A stretch of DNA of 50,827 bases from a virus (Duplodnaviria > Caudoviricetes): positions 1 to 50,827 of IMG/VR virus record IMGVR_UViG_3300038429_000331; one strand, written 5' to 3'. The notes beneath the pieces were generated by a model. It was not told where the DNA came from and searched no databases. It saw only the letters and a list, made by a program, of their open reading frames with translations. Both the position numbers and the translations under genes were made by a program. The stretch's first letter is position 1. Each line of letters begins with the position of its first letter. Of this stretch, positions 43,097 through 50,488 are shown piece by piece.

Positions 43097-44073
43097 GCCG
43101 GTGACCTCCCGAGAATCGCAACATCCGATCCACCCTGTTCGACAGCCAAGAATTTCCCGTCGCCGTAGGTAATTGCTGTCCAGAAATTCTCCGATGGCAG
43201 GTTATCGAGATACCAATGCACCCCATCAGCAGATACAGCCGCCGTGCTGGTCGGCTGGCTGTTCGTCTCGCAGGAGACGACGACAAACTCGCCACCTCCC
43301 GCAGTGATAGCCTGCCAACACGTCACGCCTGGAAGCTGCACCAGCGTCCAATCGACTCCATTCGGCGATACCGCGGCGGAAGAACTCTCCTCTGAAATTG
43401 CTACGAACTCTCCATCGCCAAACGTCACCGATTCCCAACAGAGGACGGCGGGCATCTTTTCTATTTGCCAATGGATTCCGTCTATTGACGTCACCGCGGC
43501 ATCAGAGTTTCTGGCAGGGGCCGTCCCCTGGGCGACAGCGACAAACTTGCCATCACCGCACGTGACCGATTGCCACTCTGCAGCCTTAGGTAGTTTCTCC
43601 AAAGTCCAGTGCTGCCCGTCGGGAGAGGTTGATATGAGATCGTTCGCACTTCCGCCACCAGAGAAGGCAACGAACAATCCATCGCCATAGGTGATCGAGT
43701 ACCAATCCGCAGCCGCGCCCAGGTCAGCTGTCGACCAGGTCTTTCCGTCGACAGACCAGATCGCGATTGAGCTCCCGTACGCGATCGCGACGAATCTACT
43801 GTCGCCGAATGTCACAGCCTCCCAGGCTTCTACCGGGACGCTGTATGAGGTCCACGCGACTCCATCGCTCGAAACGTGGTCGAGAGATCCATCCCATTCG
43901 AGCGTGACAAAGATCCCGTTTCCGTAGGTGACGCTCTCGCAAGAGACCTGAGATAGCGAGGAAGGCTGCCAACTGCTCGACTGGGGAATCACTGGATTCT
44001 GAACCGTTGGCGCGGCGACGCTGCAGCCGATTGTCAGGATCAGAATCCCCAGGAGCAGAAGGACCTTCTTCAT
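43093..44073 (-). CDS. Lipoprotein with repeated beta-propeller-like blades
   Basis: MKKVLLLLGILILTIG-C lipobox; about seven repeats of W.SVT(Y/F)GDG.FVA...S.DG..W; lower GC than flanks. Confidence 0.8.
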   Translation of the reverse strand: MKKVLLLLGILILTIGCSVAAPTVQNPVIPQSSSWQPSSLSQVSCESVTYGNGIFVTLEWDGSLDHVSSDGVAWTSYSVPVEAWEAVTFGDSRFVAIAYGSSIAIWSVDGKTWSTADLGAAADWYSITYGDGLFVAFSGGGSANDLISTSPDGQHWTLEKLPKAAEWQSVTCGDGKFVAVAQGTAPARNSDAAVTSIDGIHWQIEKMPAVLCWESVTFGDGEFVAISEESSSAAVSPNGVDWTLVQLPGVTCWQAITAGGGEFVVVSCETNSQPTSTAAVSADGVHWYLDNLPSENFWTAITYGDGKFLAVEQGGSDVAILGRSPA

Positions 44074-44324
44074 GCAGGCCTCACAGAACGGCCAGGGCGA
44101 GGGCGGGGTGCCCCGCCCTGGTCCGGGATCTCGATCACAGCCTCACGGGTATTGCGCCGCGCGTACTCTTGAGCCTGGGCCTTGGTGACGCGGTAGCCAG
44201 CGCCGACACGGATGCAGCCGAGGCGCTTCGCGGCGATCTCGCGGTACAACGTCTTCGCTGAAACGCGGAAGCATTCAGCAACTTCGGGAACGGTGTTGAT
44301 GTCGGCGAGCTGCTCGAGGGTCAC
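44070..44324 (-). CDS. xis: Excisionase-like HTH protein
   Basis: TVPEVAECFRVSAKTLYREI...LGCIRVGAGYRV. Confidence 0.75.
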   Translation of the reverse strand: MTLEQLADINTVPEVAECFRVSAKTLYREIAAKRLGCIRVGAGYRVTKAQAQEYARRNTREAVIEIPDQGGAPRPRPGRSVRPA

Positions 44325-44512
44325 GCAGATACCGCCTTTCGCTTTTCCTCGCGATCCAGCTTCTCCAGGATTGCCAGACGAGCGAATCCGCCCTGGGTCT
44401 GCTCGTTGCCATCGCAGAAATCCAGGAAGTGCTGCAGTTCGTTGCCCTTGAACGGAACCCTCAAGAGCTTTCCCTTGACTCTGTCCGCTTGCGGTCTTTT
44501 TATCCTGTTCAC
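44321..44512 (-). CDS. Small RHH-like regulator, first gene of the leftward operon (Cro/Arc role)
   Basis: LLRVPFKGNELQHFLDFC...GGFARLAILEKL; GTG start lies 7 nt after the -10 box. Confidence 0.65.
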   Translation of the reverse strand: MNRIKRPQADRVKGKLLRVPFKGNELQHFLDFCDGNEQTQGGFARLAILEKLDREEKRKAVSA

Positions 44513-44518
44513 GATTAG

Positions 44519-44547
44519 ATTATGTCCTGATACGGACTATTTGTCAA
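44519..44547 (-). promoter_or_regulatory. Leftward sigma70-type promoter
   Basis: TTGACA (44547-44542), 17-nt spacer, CATAAT (44524-44519). An inverted repeat GTCC-N6-GGAC spans 44524-44537. Confidence 0.8.
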
Positions 44548-44567
44548 GCAACTTTTATATTTTTTTG

Positions 44568-44596
44568 TTGCGTTATGGTTTTCTTGTCAGTATAAT
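44568..44596 (+). promoter_or_regulatory. Rightward sigma70-type promoter
   Basis: TTGCGT, 17-nt spacer, TATAAT; T-rich UP-like element upstream. Confidence 0.75.
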
Positions 44597-44631
44597 GAGT
44601 TATTGAATCCTGGGAGGGGGCGGAGAAGCGT

Positions 44632-44733
44632 TTGCACAGGTTTCTCGAAAGCCTCGACAGGGTTCTTGACGAACGAGAAGAACGTCGGCCTTGGCTCGCA
44701 AAGACATCAGGCGTTCCGCTTAGAGTCCGGTGA
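44632..44733 (+). pseudogene. Truncated XRE/CI-like HTH repressor fragment (33 aa)
   Basis: GGAG RBS then TTG: LHRFLESLDRVLDEREERRPWLAKTSGVPLRVR*. Resembles HTH helices 1-2 and stops just before the att core. Confidence 0.55.
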
Positions 44734-44735
44734 TC

Positions 44736-44785
44736 GCGGTGGCTGTTAACCACTAGGTCGCTGGTTCGAGTCCGGCCGGGGGAGC
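44736..44785 (+). other. attP core = 3' half of tRNA-Asn(GTT)
   Basis: Anticodon arm GGTGG-CT-GTT-AA-CCACT, variable loop AGGTC, T arm GCTGG-TTCGAGT-CCGGC, acceptor 3' strand CGGGGGA-G. No matching 5' strand or D stem; adjacent to the integrase. Confidence 0.85.
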
Positions 44786-44816
44786 GAAAAGAATGACGGC
44801 GAAAAGAAATAGAGAG

Positions 44817-44841
44817 AGGCTCCTGGAGAGGGAGCCTTTTT
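44817..44841 (+). terminator. Intrinsic terminator downstream of the att core
   Basis: AGGCTCC-N7-GGAGCCT-TTTT. Confidence 0.75.
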
Positions 44842-44849
44842 CATGCCCG

Positions 44850-44882
44850 ATGGATCGCAAATGGATTGCAGACGTTTGCAAA
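44850..44882 (+). repeat. Three tandem 11-bp imperfect repeats; candidate integrase arm-type sites
   Basis: ATGGATCGCAA / ATGGATTGCAG / ACGTTTGCAAA. Similar copies at 44628-44638 and 44691-44701. Confidence 0.5.
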
Positions 44883-44896
44883 TCCGGGAGTGAACC

Positions 44897-46178
44897 ATGA
44901 CGTACCCCAAGCCGTTCAAACGTCCCGGGCGCAAGACCTACTCCTTCATGTATGCGGATCCCGATGGGACCCGCCGTCTGGTTTCGACGGGCTGTGAGAG
45001 ACGCAGCGACGCCGACGACTTCGTGCGCAACTACGTTGACGCGCGAAGCTCGCGCAGCGGAAACATCACGTTCGGAGAGTACCAGGTCCCGTTCTACAAA
45101 CCTGACATCTGCCCCCACGTCCAGCGGCTCCGCGATTCCAGACGTTCAATCGGGTTGACGCACATCGTGAAATGCCGGCAGTGGCTCGATCGTTGGATCG
45201 TCCCGGACAAGCTCTTCATGGCGAGGCCGATGAACAGGATCACCCGCGGAGATCTCCTGGAGCTCCGCGGCCGAGTGCGGGCCCGCGTGAAGGTGGATTC
45301 GAAGCGGATCCGCGGGGACGGGATGAACACCGTGAACAAGGCCATGAGCGCGGTCTTCACCGTTTTTGCCGAGGCCGCCTTCCGCCAACACATCCCGGCA
45401 AACCCCGCGGCCGATATCGGGAATGTGCTCTATGATCTTGAAGAGCGTGAGGTCCTCTCCCTCGAGGAGCTCGAGCAGCTCTTCGCGAAGCCATGGGAAA
45501 GCCGGCTCGCGTTCGATGTATTCCGCTTTGCCGAGCTCACCGGTATGCGCTGCAGCGAGATCCTATCCATAGTGCCTTCTGCCCAGCTGCGCGGCGACGT
45601 CCTGCAGGTGGATACCGCATTCAAGGGAAAGGAGCGCGGGAAGCCGAAGTGGGGAAAGACCAGAACGATAGTGCTCTGTGCGGCCGCGCTCGAGATCCTT
45701 TCCCGCCGCCCGGGCGGTTTCCGATACGAGGATGGACGACGTTTGGGTGAGACCTGGTGGCGCGACGGCAGAATTGAATTACACTATAAATGTCTTAGAG
45801 GACGAATTGTGTCTCTATTTGCACTTGAAATGTAATAAATAGGAGCGTTCATATGGATAGTGTGGCAGCCAGCACTTCGCAACAGGTCTCGAGGATCGGG
45901 AGCTCAAGCTCGGGAATCGTATTCTCACGCCGCACTGCCTCCGGCATTCTTTGAACACGCACCTGTTGGACGCCGGCGTGGATCCGCTGAAGGTCCAGCT
46001 CTATCTGTGGGGCAAGACCGCCGACGACGCCGAGCAAGGAAAGACAAGCAGGTTGACGAAGACGCAGGCGATCTACACCCACCTTCTCGATCGAATGACA
46101 GAGCCGGTGGCTCAGGCAATCGAAAAACTCTACAAAGCGGGGAAGGGCATGTCCGAGAAGGCCTCAGGGACCGCATAA
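44897..46178 (+). pseudogene. int: Tyrosine integrase interrupted by a ~100-nt insertion
   Basis: N-part (to about 45763) has LTGMRCSEI and a K-containing PKWGKTR. The C-part in another frame has HCLRHSLNT and the catalytic Tyr in TQAIYTH. Confidence 0.9.
45764..45869. other. AT-rich structured insertion in the integrase
   Basis: Core 45772-45863 is 29/92 G+C. It is flanked by GGCAG direct repeats (45767, 45864) and has an internal inverted repeat ACACTAT/ATAGTGT. Confidence 0.85.
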
Positions 46179-46182
46179 CCGC

Positions 46183-46218
46183 GGCGCGCCCCCGCCCCAT
46201 ATCCGGGAGCGCGCCTTT
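46183..46218 (+). terminator. Hairpin between the convergent integrase and lysis genes
   Basis: GGCGCGC...GCGCGCC followed by TTT. Confidence 0.5.
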
Positions 46219-46850
46219 CAAAACTTGTGGAAGAGATCTCCGCCCAGCTTTATCACGAAAGCAGCGCCCGCACCGATCCCCGCGCCCGCGGCTGCGGACA
46301 CGGCATCCTTCCCCGCCGCAGCTCCGCCGATCGCTCCTGCCGCGGCGCCGACGGCTGCCCAGGTCGTGTAATCAGTCAGTACCCGGTGCGCTCGCTCCTG
46401 CGCCAGCTGCTGGTTGAGCAGCTGCTGTGCTGATTCCGAGGCTTTGACATAGTCGCTGAATGTCGCTGATTCCTTTGTCTGCGCTGCCTGCAATGATTCG
46501 TATGCGCTCTGCGTCTGTTGTCGCGCTGCTTCCGAGACTGCCAAGTCCGATTTGGATTTGTCCGATATCGACTTGTTCTCGTCCAAGAGCCGAGCTGAGG
46601 TCGCTTGCAAGTTTGCTATTTGCTGCGGCCATGTCTGCAAGTCCGAGCCGAGCAGCGCCGAGAGCTCTTTGACTGTCAGCAGCTGCTTCAATGAATCCAG
46701 TATCAGCGACTGCTGCAGCGGCGTTAGCTGCGGCGAGCTGCTTTGCGATTGGGCTGAAAGGCCGGGCAAGCACCAGGTAGCAAAGAAAAGCGCCAGCAAG
46801 AGCGCCGGCCACCACGAGGATGGCCGGCAGAAGGAGCTTGCGCACCTCAC
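46218..46850 (-). CDS. Spanin-like protein: signal peptide, coiled coil, C-terminal glycine zipper
   Basis: GTG 46850 overlaps the holin stop. Contains PALLLALFFATWCLPGLSAQ, a Q/S/A-rich coil and AVGAAAGAIGGAAAG. Confidence 0.6.
   Translation of the reverse strand: MRCASSFCRPSSWWPALLLALFFATWCLPGLSAQSQSSSPQLTPLQQSLILDSLKQLLTVKELSALLGSDLQTWPQQIANLQATSARLLDENKSISDKSKSDLAVSEAARQQTQSAYESLQAAQTKESATFSDYVKASESAQQLLNQQLAQERAHRVLTDYTTWAAVGAAAGAIGGAAAGKDAVSAAAGAGIGAGAAFVIKLGGDLFHKF
46372..46845 (-). CDS. i-spanin-like protein nested in another frame of 46218-46850
   Basis: MRKLLLPAILVVAGALAGAFLCYLVL TM helix followed by an Ala-rich coil; last gene position in the lysis cassette. Confidence 0.55.
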   Translation of the reverse strand: MRKLLLPAILVVAGALAGAFLCYLVLARPFSPIAKQLAAANAAAAVADTGFIEAAADSQRALGAARLGLADMAAANSKLASDLSSALGREQVDIGQIQIGLGSLGSSATTDAERIRIIAGSADKGISDIQRLCQSLGISTAAAQPAAGAGASAPGTD

Positions 46851-47203
46851 GGCCCGGCCTTCGCCGGAGCCGCGGAAGCAGTAGGCTCGGCCGGTGCCGC
46901 AGGTGCCGGGAGCCCCAGGGCGTTTCTTATCCATCCGATCAGCGTCTGCCAGAGAAGCTCATAGCCGAGCTGCCCGACGGCCCATGCGAGCACACCGATC
47001 GTCAGGAACACCACGACCACTGCCGGCAAGAAAACGTACCCTGCCGCGAAGATGAAGTACAGCGCGAAGGCGCTGACTGCCCAGACCCACGTGGGCGCCT
47101 TTTTGAACAGGCCTTTCAGGTGCTGCACCACGCCGAGCACCGCGAAGGCCACTAGGACGATGACCAGGACGGCGACCGTCCTTCCTGCAATTGTGATGTC
47201 CAT
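46847..47203 (-). CDS. Holin-like membrane protein (3 TM)
   Basis: Three hydrophobic segments; GGGAGG RBS; follows the endolysin. Confidence 0.7.
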   Translation of the reverse strand: MDITIAGRTVAVLVIVLVAFAVLGVVQHLKGLFKKAPTWVWAVSAFALYFIFAAGYVFLPAVVVVFLTIGVLAWAVGQLGYELLWQTLIGWIRNALGLPAPAAPAEPTASAAPAKAGP

Positions 47204-47238
47204 GACATCCCTCCCAGTTTAACGCCCTTCGGCGATGA

Positions 47239-47826
47239 TCACGAAACCATTCGGCTCTTCACGTCCTGACGGAATGTGTCGACCAGGGCCGGCTGACTCG
47301 TCCAGAGCCGCGGGCAGTCCTTCCAGCCGACCACCTGGTGGTGCGTGGCCAGGTCAACGAGGGGATCCAGCTGCAAACGTCGGCAGATGTCCGCGGCGAG
47401 TTCGCCCGCGGCGTCCAGCGTCTGAACGGTGAAAGTTCCCGGGGCGTCGATCGGCTCCATCTCAATGCCCAGTGTGCAGATGTTCGGGCCGATACTCTGC
47501 GGGTCGTCGATGTGAACACCGAACTTTGCTCGCGCCCAGTCGGTGTAGATCTTTCCGCTCGCCGGATCGACCTGGTTGCTTCCTACGTGGTAAGCGACCT
47601 CGCTCTCGGGGATGCAGCGGATGATCGATCCGTCCATATCGATGATGTAGTGCGCAGAGCCGTAGCCGGTGGTGCCGTTCTTTCGGTCCTCGAAATACTG
47701 GCGAGTTTCGATGGCGCGCTGCCGGGGGACCGCGGTCCAATGCATGATCAACGCAAGCGCGGAATGCAGTGGTGTCCCCGGTCTCGAAAACGTGTTGATC
47801 GTGAGAAGGTTCTCGGTGATGTTCAT
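47239..47826 (-). CDS. Endolysin, N-acetylmuramoyl-L-alanine amidase (Amidase_2)
   Basis: IMHWTA, SAHYIID.DG, AYHVG, LGIEM, THHQVVGWKDCP. Confidence 0.92.
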   Translation of the reverse strand: MNITENLLTINTFSRPGTPLHSALALIMHWTAVPRQRAIETRQYFEDRKNGTTGYGSAHYIIDMDGSIIRCIPESEVAYHVGSNQVDPASGKIYTDWARAKFGVHIDDPQSIGPNICTLGIEMEPIDAPGTFTVQTLDAAGELAADICRRLQLDPLVDLATHHQVVGWKDCPRLWTSQPALVDTFRQDVKSRMVS

Positions 47827-47952
47827 GATGATCCTCCTAAGAGAAGTTCAACTCCTCCGGACGTTACGATCAGAAAGAGCGGGAGCCGCACAAAAGGAGA
47901 GGAAAAGCGGCCCCGCCCCGACGGCAACGCCGTCTTCATCTCATCGCCACTT

Positions 47953-48267
47953 TCATTCGCCGCTGCCGATCAGCAGCTCGACGAATACTTCGATCGCGTC
48001 GCCAGCGCCGCGCCACGTAAACCCGTGCGAGAACCCGTTGATCATCCGCGACCCGAGGTCCTCCTTCTTCTTTGCGCCCTTCTTCCGGAGTTCGGTCCGG
48101 GCCACGATGCCGATCGCCACCAGGGACCCAACGGCGCTCGCCGCGATGAATGTCGTCCAGTTCTTCCGCCGGTGGTGCGACGCGGCGTAGACGTTCGCGA
48201 GCACTGCGCCGGCCGCAGTCGCCAGGAAGACGACTGCCACTGTAGTGATTGACCGGACCCACTCCAT
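47953..48267 (-). CDS. Small membrane protein (holin-like, 2 TM)
   Basis: ATG 48267 (MEWVRSITTVAVVFLA); two hydrophobic segments. Confidence 0.55.
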   Translation of the reverse strand: MEWVRSITTVAVVFLATAAGAVLANVYAASHHRRKNWTTFIAASAVGSLVAIGIVARTELRKKGAKKKEDLGSRMINGFSHGFTWRGAGDAIEVFVELLIGSGE

Positions 48268-48821
48268 TATTTCAGCCATGGCACTGTGATGTGGAACACC
48301 TTCAGGAGCTCCTGCAGCCCGATGAGCGCCGCGAGGAACCCGCTGTACTTCACGACCGATAGCGCCCACTTCCCGCCTCTGCTCTCTAATGCGACGATGC
48401 GCGGTTCAAGTTGCTTCGTGTGGTATTCGATGTGCTCCCGCAGCGAGTCGTGGGCGTTCTTGAGGTCCTTGTTCGTCGAGACGACCAAGCCGTCCAGAAG
48501 CACCGCCGTCTTGGTCAACAGTTCGGACGTCTTCTGCTGACGGCTCTCGTAGCCCTCGATCCGGTGCTCGACGTCGGTCTGTCGCCGGAGAATGGCGGTG
48601 TCCATTTCGATCTTCTGCTGCACGAGAGCGTGGATTTCGTCGAGCTTCTTGTCCGTGTGTCTCCGCTGTTCGTCGCGCGCCTCGCCCTGTTGGCTGATGA
48701 ACTGATCCAGGCGGACGAAGCGGTCTTCGTCGTGCTTGTGCAGGAGCTCGATCTCGCGGCCGAATTGATCGTGCTCCGCGCGCCGCCTGGCGTGCTCTTC
48801 CATCTCTTCTTTCGTGGGCAT
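48267..48821 (-). CDS. Coiled-coil protein with C-terminal TM helix
   Basis: Charged coil, then WALSVVKYSGFLAALIGL; lies between tail fibre and lysis genes. Confidence 0.65.
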   Translation of the reverse strand: MPTKEEMEEHARRRAEHDQFGREIELLHKHDEDRFVRLDQFISQQGEARDEQRRHTDKKLDEIHALVQQKIEMDTAILRRQTDVEHRIEGYESRQQKTSELLTKTAVLLDGLVVSTNKDLKNAHDSLREHIEYHTKQLEPRIVALESRGGKWALSVVKYSGFLAALIGLQELLKVFHITVPWLK

Positions 48822-48822
48822 G

Positions 48823-50478
48823 TCACACTCCTGGAATCACCTGCAGGTCGAGGACTGTTGTGGAGAGAGCTTGTCCGATCTTGGCCTCACCTACGACTAT
48901 CGTGAGGTTCCCGTTGTCGTCGATTCCATACTGGACTCCCTGCGTGAGGCCGCTGAGGCCACTGACAGCCCCCGCCCGCTGAACTGTGCCGAGAGTGTCA
49001 ACCGCCACACCGAGTATCGTGTTGCGGCGACGCTGTGTCACAACCTGCGCCTGGCTCAACGTCCCGCCGCCCTGGACCATGATGATAGTCCCGAAGCCGG
49101 GTAATGCGCAGGCTCCTCCCTGCGCTTGGGTTGTATAGCCCTTCGTGACAAGCTCGTCACCATAATCCCACTCAGCTTGGTCGCTCGCCGAGCCGCCCTT
49201 CCGCTTCATGACGATTGTCTTCTGCCAATAGTTGCCGTCCGCTCCTAACACGTTGGCACTGAACAGGAACACCCCATTCGCCCTATCTATAGGCTTCAAG
49301 ATGACTTCATAAGAGTTGGGAAGGAGGGAAAGCTGCTTGGGTGCGAGTATTGGAAGTGCAAGCGTCCCTGCGGCTGTTCTCCTGAAAGAAAAGAGATAGG
49401 GAACATATATACTGGCGCCGTAGAGGATCGCGTTTGAGAACCCAAACCATGTATCCTTCGGGCCTTCCTCGACAAACCAGCCTCCAATATTCGCACTTGT
49501 AATCAGCCCATCGAAAAACGCGACCGCTCCAATAGCCGTTCCTGACAGAGTGAAGTAATTGATCTGGATGTAAGCGCCCGCGGTATCGTCGGCAGAAATT
49601 GCTATCAAGTCGGCATTGAGGCTGACAGTCAAACCAAGATGGGAGTTTGCGTTTAATCCCGTATAAAGCGTTGCGGCAGTGAAGACCACCGGTGTATTGA
49701 TGACCGGGGTGTTGGTGTTGGCGGAGCTGATGACAGCTACATAACCAGTATTATTCGCCGTCAGGTAGGCGATAACTACATTCGATGATCCGGGGACCGG
49801 ATAGGCAGTGCAACGTGCCGCTGCCGCTACGCCGTTGACTGCTGCGTTTACCGTGATGGCTGTCCCTGCGATCGTTAGGGAAACAACAGAAAGTTGCGTA
49901 TATGAAGCGCCTGTCAAATTGTAGACAATAAGAACGTGCGTGCTGTCCGAGGCAGAGATGTCGAAATCGGAGAGCGTAGTTGTTGAGGTTTTGACGGCTT
50001 GCGGCGTTCCGAACGTAATCGACAGGTCGAAGGGATTGATCGTCGCAACGACCGCGCTGAGATTCAGGCCAACGGCGTAAACGATGACTGCCGTCGTCGC
50101 GGTAAGTGGGGCGACACGTGCACAGACGACTGTGCTTCCGCTCGCCAGCACAGCGCTGTTCGTGCGCTTCGCCTTGCGGATCGTGCCGTCGTAGTTCAGC
50201 TCCACGACATCACCGATGGCCGGCGTATAGCCGGTCGTCGGGGTGTACACCTCTCTAGAAGCGAGCACTGGAATTGCCGCCGCGAGCTGGTTATCTACCG
50301 CGCTGTTCTGCGAGATTCCCGCCGCCGTGAGGACGTTGTTGAATTCCGTCGTCAGGTGGTAGAGGATCCAGTTCCAGTACTGAGAAGCGAGCGTGTTCCC
50401 TGGCACCACGCCGCTCGAGTAGAAGGCTCCGGGGATCGCGATCTTCGACCCGCCGCTTGCGTATTGTGTGGGGATCAT
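48823..50478 (-). CDS. Tail fibre / receptor-binding protein
   Basis: N-terminal baseplate anchor PG..L.SQYWNW...EFNNVLTAAGI.......QLAAAI; beta-rich, lower-GC middle; AAGGAG RBS. Confidence 0.82.
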   Translation of the reverse strand: MIPTQYASGGSKIAIPGAFYSSGVVPGNTLASQYWNWILYHLTTEFNNVLTAAGISQNSAVDNQLAAAIPVLASREVYTPTTGYTPAIGDVVELNYDGTIRKAKRTNSAVLASGSTVVCARVAPLTATTAVIVYAVGLNLSAVVATINPFDLSITFGTPQAVKTSTTTLSDFDISASDSTHVLIVYNLTGASYTQLSVVSLTIAGTAITVNAAVNGVAAAARCTAYPVPGSSNVVIAYLTANNTGYVAVISSANTNTPVINTPVVFTAATLYTGLNANSHLGLTVSLNADLIAISADDTAGAYIQINYFTLSGTAIGAVAFFDGLITSANIGGWFVEEGPKDTWFGFSNAILYGASIYVPYLFSFRRTAAGTLALPILAPKQLSLLPNSYEVILKPIDRANGVFLFSANVLGADGNYWQKTIVMKRKGGSASDQAEWDYGDELVTKGYTTQAQGGACALPGFGTIIMVQGGGTLSQAQVVTQRRRNTILGVAVDTLGTVQRAGAVSGLSGLTQGVQYGIDDNGNLTIVVGEAKIGQALSTTVLDLQVIPGV

Positions 50479-50488
50479 ACTCTCTCCT

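Noticed and set aside
605-44500. Long plus-strand ORFs (e.g. 8426-10504, 13744-15597, 24241-25839)
   Set aside because: Antisense shadows of high-GC minus-strand genes; Arg-rich, with no motifs.
44710-44790. Complete functional tRNA-Asn gene
   Set aside because: No 5' acceptor strand fully pairing with CGGGGGA and no proper D stem; treated as the attP core.
45772-45863. Integrase insert as a known ribozyme, group I/II intron or CRISPR repeat
   Set aside because: GTC..GAC-GAAT resembles hammerhead stem II but CUGANGA is absent. TAAATAG/GCG recalls pistol but the spacing is wrong. It is too short for group I/II introns and has no repeat-spacer periodicity.
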